From the IMG/VR virus record IMGVR_UViG_3300017956_000007, positions 20,466 through 84,465 of that record: 64,000 bases of DNA, one strand, 5' to 3'. The notes beneath the pieces are model-generated. The model did no database searches, was not told the DNA's origin, and worked only from the letters and a program-made list of their open reading frames with translations. Below, in pieces: positions 1-10,258 of the stretch. This DNA comes from a virus. The stretch's first letter is position 1; each line of letters begins with the position of its first letter. The position numbers and the translations under genes were made by a program.

Positions 1-3000
1 CTATCAAATATTCATTATCATAAAACCTAAATTTCTGTCCTCCAAAAACAGTATATAATGGGGAATTTTGAATTAAAACCGTATCATAGTTTTTTAAATT
101 GTGATTTATTTCTGTTTCAATTTTTATAGTTCGCAAAGAATAATCCAAATTTTTCACTTTTGGTAATGGATAATTATAACTATTGGAAAACATCAAATTA
201 GAAGTATAATTTATTATTCCTGCGGTTATATTATTTGTATAGACATTAGTGTTTAAATCAAATCCAGTATTACTATTTAAGGTGTGAGTTAATAATTGTA
301 TATTATTATCTTGATCAACAGTTATTTTACTGATTATAGATCTATACTCTTTACCATCGGATAATCTTTGATAGAGTGGATCATTTAATTTAAATTGATT
401 AAAATTACTTTCTCGATAAAAATAAGTTTCTAGTCCTATTAAAGAGTATCCGTCTTCCATGACCAAATTATCATAATTTTCTAAAACAAATAAATTTTGT
501 TTGGTATATGCAACAGGATTACTCAGTGTTAATAAACTAATTGTATTTTGACTATCCGTAGTTATTTTGCCATAATAATTATGTTCTAACTTTAATTCCC
601 CAAAAGATGTTTTGAATTTTTGCTCATTATCAATTATAATGCTGTTATTAGCATCATAATCATCATTCAATTTTTTAATTGTACTCGTAGCAGATATTAT
701 ATTATTTCCGCCCTGAACTCTAACTAAAGTACCCGATCCATAATCACTAACATTTTTTCTTACCAAATAATTTATTTGATGATTAGGTTCAAAATAGGAT
801 TCGGCAATAATTTTTTTGACATCTTGATTTTCTAATAATATTCCTGATCCATCTTCAAATGTTAAATAATTATCAAAACTAAAATTAATATCATCAGTTG
901 GTATCACATACTCACCAAACATTTTTGTGCCTGCAGGATGTATTAATTTTTTCAATAGTTGTTCATATTCCGCAAACTGTATTTTATTTTTCAATACATA
1001 CGAAAAATCTTGATAATAATAACCATCATATATTTTTTTGTTATAACTTAAAAAACCATTTTCATCAAGATACTTGCCTGAGGTATTTGCTATAGTTCCT
1101 ATATTTGCAGTCAATATAGCATTACCATCTCCTATTAAATTTGCAGAAACAATTGGATTCGTAGTATAACCTGCACCAGGATTAGTTATCTCTATTTCTC
1201 CAATTGCACCTGCATCATTTTCCTTCGCAGAACCAACAATTCTAGCATTTTCCCCTTTATCTAAATTTATTGAGAAAACAGATCCGGAATTTGTCACATA
1301 AGCTTGTGCTCCACTATTATATCCAACAATAAAATCATTTTCTGAAAAATCTACTGTAGAAATCAAAAATCTATCAGAAACATCATGATTATATGGTATT
1401 GTAAATTTTACGTAAATACCTTCATGAAAAAATAAACTTCCTGTGACTGGTGTTGTAGCATTCTCATCTATTTCGTATTGAAATGCGTAATCATTTAAAA
1501 CAACAATTTGATTTTCTCCATTATAAGAATTATCAACTGAACCAACTACATTTACATTAATTCCTGTTGTTAAACCATGCTTGTATAGGGTTGTAGCAAT
1601 TGCTTTATTGCCATCTTTTTCTATCGATTCTATAGGAAAATCTAGTCTTTGCCAATCGGCAGTCATCGATATTGGATCTGAGATGTAATCTATGTCGGTA
1701 AGATTATCCGCTATATCAATGTTTTTATCATTTGCAACTAGTCCTCTTCTAATTTTGAATTGATTAGGACCTGTTCCTTTGCCTCCTTCAGTCACCAATA
1801 AATCATATATGGTTGGATTACTAGGATTGATGTAACTAGAATTATTAACCGTCAAGTCATTAGATCCTAATCCGTAAGTTCCCAAATATTCAGAATTTTT
1901 CATTCGCATTCTGAAGGGACTAAAATCTAACTTTTCCCCGTCATATACTAACCCTAAAAATGTACCTATTTTACTGCCGCCATTGCTGGTAATCGAATAT
2001 ATTCTTTCTCCTGGCGTGAAAGAACCTGTTATAGAAGGAGTAAATACTGATGAATCAGGATCTTTGTTTAAATTTAAGATCAATACACCACTATCTTCTG
2101 GAATTTTTACGGTTATTCGGTCAGTTGCGGTAATTTTGGGCAATGCCTGATATCTCGAACCAATAACTAAAGTTTTGATGGAAGATATTGTCCCCGAATT
2201 TAATTTTCTGAAACCAAAAGCATCTACTAATCTATCGTAATGACCAGCATTTGGATCTCCTGATAAGCCATATTTTGATGCCGAAAGTCTTACGCCTGCA
2301 AAATCAAAAATGATGTCATTATTAAATGAAAAAGTGTAAGAATTAGTTATAGAATTAATTCTACCGGCAAAACCTGATCCTTGTGTTCCAAAATTGTTCA
2401 CCGTTAAAATTGAATCTGTTGTATAACCATCACCTCCATCTAATATATCAAAATCTGTTAAAATTCCTGATGCTACATCCTTAACTCTAGCGGTTGCTTC
2501 TAACCCTCCTCCTCCTGTTATGGTTAATAAGTCTCCAACACTATAATTAGTTCCAGGACTTATTATGTTTACCTTATTGAGAACACCATAAGTAGTACCT
2601 TGTGAAAATTGGTCATCGACAACATTTGTTTTTACAACTTCTCCTATGACAAATCTTCCTGATAAATTTTTTAAATATAATTCTGTTATTGTTAAATTTC
2701 CAATGGCAAATCTATCAACCCTATCTATCACAGCACTAGCTAAACTTTTAACTCCTGTTATAAGTCTGCCCTCAAAATCTGTTAAATCATTGCTTGTTTC
2801 AATTCTAAGTATACTGTCAGATGTCCAATCACCCGATGAAAGTTTAAATATGTCTTCTTTGGGGGTGTAAAAAACTAAATTTTGCTCGTTATATAATGAT
2901 TTGAATAAAAAATCAAATGTGACATTTGTGCCTTTTGATCTATAAACTTCAATGATGTGTTTAATAACGTTTGATTTATCTGCTTCTATGTTTAAATCAA

Positions 3001-3559
3001 AATTGTGTAAAAATGTTTTAAATAAAATATCTATAAAATTTGTTGTTGATGTATTCAAGTCTATATTTTTCAATAAAGATCTTGATGCAAAAATTGGATT
3101 TTTAAAAAAAGAATTTACGTTTGCTTCAACTCTTGATGTTTGTCCTTTGATTACCTCATTTTGTATGAAATCAACTCTTGTTAAATCTTTTACGTAAATT
3201 TTATCATTAGATATGAAAGTATCTCTATCAATAGTTGCGGTCGCACCTGATTCTTGTCCAACTATTTGCTCACCTTGAATAAAACCGCTAAGATTATTTC
3301 TTCCACTTTCTAATATCAATACAAAATCATCTTCTGTCAATAAACTATCTTCACCATTTTCAATATAAAATTTAAATTCAAATTGAGTAACATTTTCAAC
3401 GGTTAATTCATGCAATTCCATCCACTTATAGTACGTTTTGATGAAATTACTGAATTCTGGTCCTTCTTCTAAAATAAAAGAAGGTAACTGATTTTCTATT
3501 AAATTGGAGATTCTTTTTTCTATTAAAAGATTTTCAGAATCGTTTAAAAATATACCCAT
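1..3559 (-). CDS. gp7: Baseplate wedge initiator gp7-like protein (3' end beyond the window, >1186 aa)
   Basis: Not in the ORF track. Partly translated by hand: ATG at 3559 gives MGIFLNDSENLLIEKRISNLIENQLPSFILEEGPEFSNFIKTYYKWME, later KHIIEVYRSKGTNVTFDFLFKSLY and, in the same frame, YDGYYYQDFSYVLK...LKKLIHPAGTKMFGEY (~1040-910). These are gp7 signatures of marine T4-like phages. The frame is also open at the left edge, and the gene directly follows gp6. Confidence 0.88.
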   Translation of the reverse strand, partial: MGIFLNDSENLLIEKRISNLIENQLPSFILEEGPEFSNFIKTYYKWMELHELTVENVTQFEFKFYIENGEDSLLTEDDFVLILESGRNNLSGFIQGEQIVGQESGATATIDRDTFISNDKIYVKDLTRVDFIQNEVIKGQTSRVEANVNSFFKNPIFASRSLLKNIDLNTSTTNFIDILFKTFLHNFDLNIEADKSNVIKHIIEVYRSKGTNVTFDFLFKSLYNEQNLVFYTPKEDIFKLSSGDWTSDSILRIETSNDLTDFEGRLITGVKSLASAVIDRVDRFAIGNLTITELYLKNLSGRFVIGEVVKTNVVDDQFSQGTTYGVLNKVNIISPGTNYSVGDLLTITGGGGLEATARVKDVASGILTDFDILDGGDGYTTDSILTVNNFGTQGSGFAGRINSITNSYTFSFNNDIIFDFAGVRLSASKYGLSGDPNAGHYDRLVDAFGFRKLNSGTISSIKTLVIGSRYQALPKITATDRITVKIPEDSGVLILNLNKDPDSSVFTPSITGSFTPGERIYSITSNGGSKIGTFLGLVYDGEKLDFSPFRMRMKNSEYLGTYGLGSNDLTVNNSSYINPSNPTIYDLLVTEGGKGTGPNQFKIRRGLVANDKNIDIADNLTDIDYISDPISMTADWQRLDFPIESIEKDGNKAIATTLYKHGLTTGINVNVVGSVDNSYNGENQIVVLNDYAFQYEIDENATTPVTGSLFFHEGIYVKFTIPYNHDVSDRFLISTVDFSENDFIVGYNSGAQAYVTNSGSVFSINLDKGENARIVGSAKENDAGAIGEIEITNPGAGYTTNPIVSANLIGDGNAILTANIGTIANTSGKYLDENGFLSYNKKIYDGYYYQDFSYVLKNKIQFAEYEQLLKKLIHPAGTKMFGEYVIPTDDINFSFDNYLTFEDGSGILLENQDVKKIIAESYFEPNHQINYLVRKNVSDYGSGTLVRVQGGNNIISATSTIKKLNDDYDANNSIIIDNEQKFKTSFGELKLEHNYYGKITTDSQNTISLLTLSNPVAYTKQNLFVLENYDNLVMEDGYSLIGLETYFYRESNFNQFKLNDPLYQRLSDGKEYRSIISKITVDQDNNIQLLTHTLNSNTGFDLNTNVYTNNITAGIINYTSNLMFSNSYNYPLPKVKNLDYSLRTIKIETEINHNLKNYDTVLIQNSPLYTVFGGQKFRFYDNEYLI

Positions 3560-3564
3560 ATTTT

Positions 3565-5382
3565 TTAATTATTTGTAGTTAATGTGGAAGATATATCACT
3601 CATTTCAACCGTTACATTATTTTCCTTAATTATCAGTATTTGCTCATTTTTCGTATTGATATCATAAGAATCGGGCATTACAAAAATATCTAATGTAGTT
3701 CCAGTTATAGAACTTGGATTAAAATTATTTAATGTCATAATTCCAGTATCTAAATCGATAGATCCTATATTTGCTTTTCTAATTATTCTTTCCCCATCTA
3801 TAAAATTATAAACTCTTAAAACATTACCATCATTATCTATTCTACAATTTTCTCTAAAAACATTTATATCATCTACAATAGAAAAATACGATGATGTAAC
3901 TGATCCGACAAAACCTGAATAAGGATAATATAACGGATTATTAAATAAAATTGAATAATTTATTTCTGAACCTAAAATGGGATTTAATTCCTTTTTTAAT
4001 AGTATTTTAGTATCATTACCTATTATGGATGAATCAGTATTATCGATACTTCTCTGTAAAGACGATATAACAAATGAATTTTCAAAAGATTCAAGATTTG
4101 ATGATGAATAATTGACAATGGATTGTGTGATTAATCTTTTTATGGTATCTGAACTTCTATTTGTCAAAGTTGAATTAAATTTAACTTTTGCATTAACTAA
4201 AACATCAAGATAATCTATATCTACAAATTCGGGTGTTATGGATGCTACATTATATTTTTTTAATATATCATTTTTTATTCTTTGTTTAACTGAAGTAGAT
4301 AAATTTATTCCTAATTTAGGTCGAATTCCCACAAAAACTTTACCAAATTGCGGAGGATATGCATCTTCCCCACCAAAAACTACAACAGATTGAGCCCCAG
4401 GATAATCTCTATAAATTAAAGATTTATAATCGTCTAATGTTACTGCTCTATTTTGAGTAGAATATTGTCTAGGAGCATTGAATCTAATAGAATCCAAAGA
4501 TTCTTCATCATTTCCTCCATTAGAATTACTATTAGTTGTAATTATAACATTATCATATCCTGCTATTGATCCGATAGAAAAAAATGAATTTGCACCATTA
4601 CCTAAAACTCCTGAACAAACATTATAATCGACTATGACAATATTACCTGTTTTCGGTTTTCTACCCAAAACATTATCTCCAAATATTATTTCCTGATAAA
4701 AATCTGTCGTATCTTCTACAAAATACACATTTGATGTATTTTTTATTTCCAATATATCATCAGCTAAAGTATACTTAGATCTTTTGGTTTCTATGGATGA
4801 TTCTTGAACATAAACTTCTATTGAAGAACTGTCAATACCTCTATTTGGTAATATAAATCTTTGAGTAGTATCAGAAGTATCAACGGTAAATCTATAAGTT
4901 AAAGGTTCTCCTTCTTTTACCGATACATTAGACACAAAAATTGTAGAATTTAAAGTAGGATTAGAAACAGTATATGCGGTATTTGTACAAAATGTATAAT
5001 TTATACCATTTATTGTAGAAAAGATTTTTGTATTTTTAGGAACTGTTAAACTATTGACATTAGTTTCAGTAGAGAATACTAAATTAACATTTGCAGTTGC
5101 ACCTGTCCTAGATCTAGGTTTATATCCAATTTGTTTTGACAATGAAATTAAAGATGATCTTAGCACTGCCGAGTCCAAAAACATCTCATTGGCAACCATA
5201 TTCAAATAAAAAGAATTATAATGTGTATTGTATGCTAAAATATCCAACAATGAATTAATTGTTGAACCTTCATAATCAAAATCTCTAAAATAATCTTGAG
5301 ATTTTAAATATTTTTTAAAATTATTTTTAATTTCATTGAAATCTAATTCGGAAACTCTTAATTTTGATGCTTCATTCATCAT
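3565..5382 (-). CDS. gp6: Baseplate wedge subunit gp6
   Basis: ELDFNEIKNNFKKYL..QDYFRDFDYEGS..LLDILAYNTHYNSFYLNMVANEMFLDSA, and APRQYSTQNRAVTLDDY; lies between gp25 and gp7. Confidence 0.95.
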   Translation of the reverse strand: MMNEASKLRVSELDFNEIKNNFKKYLKSQDYFRDFDYEGSTINSLLDILAYNTHYNSFYLNMVANEMFLDSAVLRSSLISLSKQIGYKPRSRTGATANVNLVFSTETNVNSLTVPKNTKIFSTINGINYTFCTNTAYTVSNPTLNSTIFVSNVSVKEGEPLTYRFTVDTSDTTQRFILPNRGIDSSSIEVYVQESSIETKRSKYTLADDILEIKNTSNVYFVEDTTDFYQEIIFGDNVLGRKPKTGNIVIVDYNVCSGVLGNGANSFFSIGSIAGYDNVIITTNSNSNGGNDEESLDSIRFNAPRQYSTQNRAVTLDDYKSLIYRDYPGAQSVVVFGGEDAYPPQFGKVFVGIRPKLGINLSTSVKQRIKNDILKKYNVASITPEFVDIDYLDVLVNAKVKFNSTLTNRSSDTIKRLITQSIVNYSSSNLESFENSFVISSLQRSIDNTDSSIIGNDTKILLKKELNPILGSEINYSILFNNPLYYPYSGFVGSVTSSYFSIVDDINVFRENCRIDNDGNVLRVYNFIDGERIIRKANIGSIDLDTGIMTLNNFNPSSITGTTLDIFVMPDSYDINTKNEQILIIKENNVTVEMSDISSTLTTNN

Positions 5383-5861
5383 TAGCCTCTTGTTGACTGT
5401 AAAAATGTATCTATTTGTTGTACAATATTAGTATTTTTAAGTGAATAAGTAATAACAACGTCATATCCATCTTCATCTTGTCTGGCTGTCACTGATACTG
5501 ATATTAAATTAACTCTTGGTTCGTAATTATCTATTACATTTGTTATAGAATCTTCCAAAATTCTTTCGCTAATAAAATCGACTGGTTCAAATAATAGTTG
5601 TTTAATATTACTGCCTATATTTGGTCTAAATAATTTTTCGTAAAAATCTGTCAATAACAATGATTTTATCGATTGTTTAACAGAGTTTTCTCCTTTTTTT
5701 ACAACTAAATCCGTATTGGTAGAATTAGTTACAAAAATAATATCTAGATCTAAAGATTCGGATCTTCTTATTCTTTCGTTTATAATTTGTCGACCAACAT
5801 CATCATACTCATAGATATATAAGGAATCATAATAATCTGTTTGTTGAGAATTATTAGCCAT
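5382..5861 (-). CDS. gp25: Baseplate wedge subunit gp25 (GPW/gp25 family)
   Basis: SVKQSIKSLLLTDFYEKLFRPNIGSNIKQLLFEP..I.NYEPRV; 1-nt stop/start overlap with gp6. Confidence 0.93.
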   Translation of the reverse strand: MANNSQQTDYYDSLYIYEYDDVGRQIINERIRRSESLDLDIIFVTNSTNTDLVVKKGENSVKQSIKSLLLTDFYEKLFRPNIGSNIKQLLFEPVDFISERILEDSITNVIDNYEPRVNLISVSVTARQDEDGYDVVITYSLKNTNIVQQIDTFLQSTRG

Positions 5862-5871
5862 TAAATTACTT

Positions 5872-6204
5872 TCAAATTACTGTTGTACTAGCACTAAATG
5901 ACAATTGTTGCACATTTAGAGGAGGTATTACAGGAACAGGAGTAGGTGCTCCTAATGCTGGTATTGTAACAGTTAATGTTCCTGTCGCACTACCGGTTGA
6001 TAAATTAACATTTCCGGGATAGAATAATTCTACCTGTAATTTAGAAGCAAATACTCCAATTGCAGTTGCAATATCATTTGCTAATTCTTCTTTTGCTGTC
6101 GGACTAGGGTTCAATTCTGCTTTGTCTAATGCAAATTTTATTGATGATGCTAAAGTCGCTGTGTCTATCAATTCAAATCTCCTATTTTGTTGTGAATTTT
6201 GCAT
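5872..6204 (-). CDS. Hypothetical protein, possible non-PAAR spike-associated protein
   Basis: 110 aa, co-oriented, in the slot between gp5 and gp25; helical KEELANDIATAI segment then a Gly/Thr/Pro-rich tail; no PAAR motif. Confidence 0.6.
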   Translation of the reverse strand: MQNSQQNRRFELIDTATLASSIKFALDKAELNPSPTAKEELANDIATAIGVFASKLQVELFYPGNVNLSTGSATGTLTVTIPALGAPTPVPVIPPLNVQQLSFSASTTVI

Positions 6205-9200
6205 ATGTATAGGATTTATCTAAAATCACTCCATATGGATTTTCAACAGTATCATTATTATTTATTCGCAAATAATAGTCGGTTAATGTTGTAAGTTCAG
6301 AATCAGGTATAAAAACAATTCTATTTTTATGAATATCATATATCGTCACTGTTCCTGTGATAAAATTACTTTGAAAATTTGGATCCGTAGATAATTCGAA
6401 AGAATTATTTTGTCCTATAGTAAAACTAGATAATGAAACGGTCTCGTTAAAAATAATTTGTATTAAGGGAATTAATGAAATGTCTGTTATACTATTATCT
6501 TGATTTGAATCATATTCCAATAAATTTACATTATCTATTATTAATTTTAAAATTTTAAAATCATCAGTTGTTGAAACTTTAAAAGTATAATTATGAATTA
6601 ATATTTCAGTTTCCGAAGTTTGTGATGAATTTGTTGTGTAAGGAAGTGTTCCTCCTTTAGTTTTAGCGGTTCCTCTAGTACCAAAATATATGAAACTATT
6701 TTGAGATAATTGCAGATCATCATTCTTCATCAATAATGACAATTTAAAAAAAGTATCATTATTTGAACTAGTTATATAAGGACTAAATGGTATGCAATTA
6801 GAAAAATTTGAATCATAAGATAGTATTAAATTGTCAGTACTTTGAATATTCTGATTATTTTTATTTGTGTTGAATGAGAGAGAATCAACATTCATTGTTT
6901 GATCAAAAGCAAAATGGATATCTGTCGTTGGCGAAATATTTTCTTGATTTGAACTAAAATTTGTTACAAGTTGATCACTAATATTAGTGGCATAAAATTT
7001 AACTAAATTTGGTTCGGTTTTTGTATTAAAACCAGGTAATGTTGGTTCTGATGGATCACTTGTTTTTCCAATACCCTTACTCGTATATCCATAAATTCTA
7101 TCGTTTGCTCTAGCAAAAGTCACATCAGTATATTTTTCTCGATATATTAATCTACTTTCATTTTCTATAAATTCTATTACAGTTCCTTCAGGAGCTTTAC
7201 CAATAGCAGTATAATCTACGGAAAATCTATATGTTTGTTCATTTTCCTCAAATCCACATATTTCACCGGGAGCTATATCAATAATGTATTTACCAGATTC
7301 AATTGGAGTGTAGTCAATGTATGATAAATCTCCTTGTTCATCTAAACCATATTGATATACCTTTCCTCTACCTCCAGTGGTAAATCCATAAAAAACTTTT
7401 CCACTTGTTAGTCCGTCTATCTGAAAATTCTGATTTATCAAATTCAATGCTGATCTAACGAACAATCTCTTAGTACCTCTGATAGTCTCTCCAGAAACAT
7501 AGTAATTTTCAACATCATCTGGAATAGTTTGCAAAACCAATGATTTTATATCACTAATTTTTTGTTCTTCCAAATAATTTTTATTTAATGCTTTATCGCC
7601 TACTTTTTTTGTAATTTTTAATTTATAATTTGAATTTGACGATAACTTTGTTAAAGGCTTAAATGAAAATGTGTCCGATTCTTCGATAGTTTTTAGAACT
7701 ACAGGTGATTCCATTTGAACAACCGTATTAAAATCATCACACGATAATTGTATTGTTCCAGAAGGTCTTGTGGATTCAGTGTTAACTGTGATAGTTGTAG
7801 GATCTATAGATTCATCAAACATAATAAGTATAGATTCACCATTTAAATCCAATTCAACATCTTCATATGTGGTAGGATCAGATATTTGAGATATTGTCCT
7901 GCTATCTAAGATTTTTTGATAAAGCACACTACTTGAATTACTGTCGGAAAAATATATTTTTTTCACTGTAGGAGGTGTGGTATCTAATTCATAGATAGGA
8001 ATTTCTGAAGGTTCATTAGTTGTCGTATCAGATTCAACAGGCCTAAAACCAGTAGTAATTGGTTCTGTGGTTTGAAAATTATAAGTCATAGTAGTTCCAC
8101 CCAAATCAGAAACATCGGATTTAACTTTTAAATAATAGTTTGTATATTTTTCAATTGTGCTAGGTGTCAAGATGAATTGTGAATTTCCTGTGTTTGATGT
8201 CACACTGTCAAAATCAACTAAAGACAGTAAATCAAAATTGTCATTTGATTTTGACAATTGAATTGTGCTACTTAATTTTGTTAAATTTTCAGAAAAAGGA
8301 ATAATGACACCATTTGAACATATTAAATGTGAAGAGTTTGATACAGTTATAGTAGAAGTATTCATTGATTGACTGAAATTGATTTGAATAATTCCTACCT
8401 TCTCTTGATAATTATCGACATCATTTAAATTTTCAGATGTTTCTTCAATACCAGTTAAAAAATATAAAAGTTCTGTTCGTTGAGTGCTAAGTACAGGAGA
8501 ATTTTCATTTATTGTTTTAGTAATTAGATATCTAAATGAATATTCATCTAAAATTTCAGACACTAAAAAAGGACCAGTAAAAATCGTGTCAATTTTTCCA
8601 TCAATGTAAATTTTATCTCCGATAGACAAAGTATGCTTTAAATTTGTTGTAACTGAAGCAGTTGAATCGTTTCTACTAATTTCGGAGATTTTAATTTTAC
8701 TCGTTGTTGATTGGCCTTCTGATGGATAAATTTGTGTAATTTCTGGTGCCGAAGTATTAAAAGGATGAACATTATGATTTGGATAGGTATTTGCTTTAAT
8801 GTGACATAATAATTTTTCTTGGCCATTTGATATTTCTAGAATTGAATTATTTACAAAATTATCTGTTATAATTTGATTATCAGAATTCACGCAAACATAA
8901 TTTATAACATCTTCATCTTTTTTTATTATGCGCCCTAACATAACATCATTATCAGGAGAAATTGATGCTCCTCCATTCGGATTAGCATACAATAAAGTTT
9001 TCATCGATGAATTCAAATTGATATCATCTCTAAATCGTATGTGATTTTGAAATGTTGTTGCTTTTTTTAGTGTTACTTTTTTCTGACCGTCAATAGTTTT
9101 AACATTAACTATATCTTGATTTTTAGACAACATCGGATGATAATTTAATCTACCTGCATTTTTTGATGAAATGTTATAAGGAATCGTAAATTTAAAATCA

Positions 9201-10258
9201 TCTTTTCTGGTCACACGATAAGTATCAGTTTTAACATCACCAGATACTACATCATAAATTTTTATCAAATCTTCATCATTTAAATTATGTTTATTGTATG
9301 TTGTTATTTCAGTATTCGTGCCATCAGAAGAATATGCTACATTCATTCGATAACAACTTAAATCAAGAGTAAATTTTAAATTATTTTTATCTACATTTGT
9401 TATTTTTCCAAACAATGGTTTATTTAAATTATAGTTATCAATAGTATCATTTTCTCGCAATAAATAAAAATTATCTCCAACAATAAAATCGGTTCTAAAT
9501 GATTCCAAATCTATATTTAAATATTCTTCCTGACTGACTTGTTGCGGAATCTGTTCCGTTCTTCCATTAATTACAATGCGTTCTCCATTTTCATCTAATC
9601 TATCAACTAAAATAGTAATTGTTTTTTCTTGAGTTTGAGATAATTTTAAAAAATATAGAGTTAAATTTTCAGAATCAATTGTATTGACATTGAATCCTGA
9701 ATATATTCCTTGAGAAGAAATTATCAAACTTCTAGAATTATCCGTCATAAATCCAGAACCTACCTCAAAAGAAATTTGTTTTTCTGTGCTATCTAATATT
9801 CCATCGTCTGCTAAATTTAAAAAATATACAGTATTAGATGACAAATTAATTTTTGGTATTATTGAAATTTTTTCATTTACTGATGAGGAATTTTCATCAA
9901 GCATTACTATGTCTTCAATATAAGAACTTATTGATTCTATTTGTGTTATCTTTGAAGGTTTTGCTTCATTTTTTAACGTTAAAATATTGTTGTCTTCATT
10001 TGAAGATGAGGAGCATATATGAGTCAACTGAACAGTTCCTCTAATCAAATTATTATCTGTAGAAAAAGTTACAGATTCGGTATATAAGTTTGATGTAAAT
10101 GTGACATCAAAATTTGAATCAATCGGAACAAAAATTACACCATTTGCTAAATCCAAATCAGAAAATTTTCTAGTATCCTGACCATAATCAAAATCAACTT
10201 CAGAAGATATATTATTATCATCTATTGATGTAATTTTTCCTGTTCTGTTATATGGCAT
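6182..10258 (-). CDS. Large putative virion protein with several bacterial Ig-like (Big_5/SbsA-type) domains
   Basis: Recurrent pattern TSAPEI/DTTPPTV...FSQSMNTSTIT / FDESIDPTTIT / FDQTMNVDSL / FNETVSLSSFT...F.L.P...Y.L.I; also KHNLNDED and KHTLSIGD beta-rich modules and GETIRG-type repeats typical of T4-like virion proteins. Confidence 0.7.
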   Translation of the reverse strand: MPYNRTGKITSIDDNNISSEVDFDYGQDTRKFSDLDLANGVIFVPIDSNFDVTFTSNLYTESVTFSTDNNLIRGTVQLTHICSSSSNEDNNILTLKNEAKPSKITQIESISSYIEDIVMLDENSSSVNEKISIIPKINLSSNTVYFLNLADDGILDSTEKQISFEVGSGFMTDNSRSLIISSQGIYSGFNVNTIDSENLTLYFLKLSQTQEKTITILVDRLDENGERIVINGRTEQIPQQVSQEEYLNIDLESFRTDFIVGDNFYLLRENDTIDNYNLNKPLFGKITNVDKNNLKFTLDLSCYRMNVAYSSDGTNTEITTYNKHNLNDEDLIKIYDVVSGDVKTDTYRVTRKDDFKFTIPYNISSKNAGRLNYHPMLSKNQDIVNVKTIDGQKKVTLKKATTFQNHIRFRDDINLNSSMKTLLYANPNGGASISPDNDVMLGRIIKKDEDVINYVCVNSDNQIITDNFVNNSILEISNGQEKLLCHIKANTYPNHNVHPFNTSAPEITQIYPSEGQSTTSKIKISEISRNDSTASVTTNLKHTLSIGDKIYIDGKIDTIFTGPFLVSEILDEYSFRYLITKTINENSPVLSTQRTELLYFLTGIEETSENLNDVDNYQEKVGIIQINFSQSMNTSTITVSNSSHLICSNGVIIPFSENLTKLSSTIQLSKSNDNFDLLSLVDFDSVTSNTGNSQFILTPSTIEKYTNYYLKVKSDVSDLGGTTMTYNFQTTEPITTGFRPVESDTTTNEPSEIPIYELDTTPPTVKKIYFSDSNSSSVLYQKILDSRTISQISDPTTYEDVELDLNGESILIMFDESIDPTTITVNTESTRPSGTIQLSCDDFNTVVQMESPVVLKTIEESDTFSFKPLTKLSSNSNYKLKITKKVGDKALNKNYLEEQKISDIKSLVLQTIPDDVENYYVSGETIRGTKRLFVRSALNLINQNFQIDGLTSGKVFYGFTTGGRGKVYQYGLDEQGDLSYIDYTPIESGKYIIDIAPGEICGFEENEQTYRFSVDYTAIGKAPEGTVIEFIENESRLIYREKYTDVTFARANDRIYGYTSKGIGKTSDPSEPTLPGFNTKTEPNLVKFYATNISDQLVTNFSSNQENISPTTDIHFAFDQTMNVDSLSFNTNKNNQNIQSTDNLILSYDSNFSNCIPFSPYITSSNNDTFFKLSLLMKNDDLQLSQNSFIYFGTRGTAKTKGGTLPYTTNSSQTSETEILIHNYTFKVSTTDDFKILKLIIDNVNLLEYDSNQDNSITDISLIPLIQIIFNETVSLSSFTIGQNNSFELSTDPNFQSNFITGTVTIYDIHKNRIVFIPDSELTTLTDYYLRINNNDTVENPYGVILDKSYTYAKFTTK

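Noticed and set aside
898-3197. Short + strand ORFs at 898-1095, 2646-2870 and 2952-3197
   Set aside because: They are antisense shadows of the gp7-like gene on the - strand.
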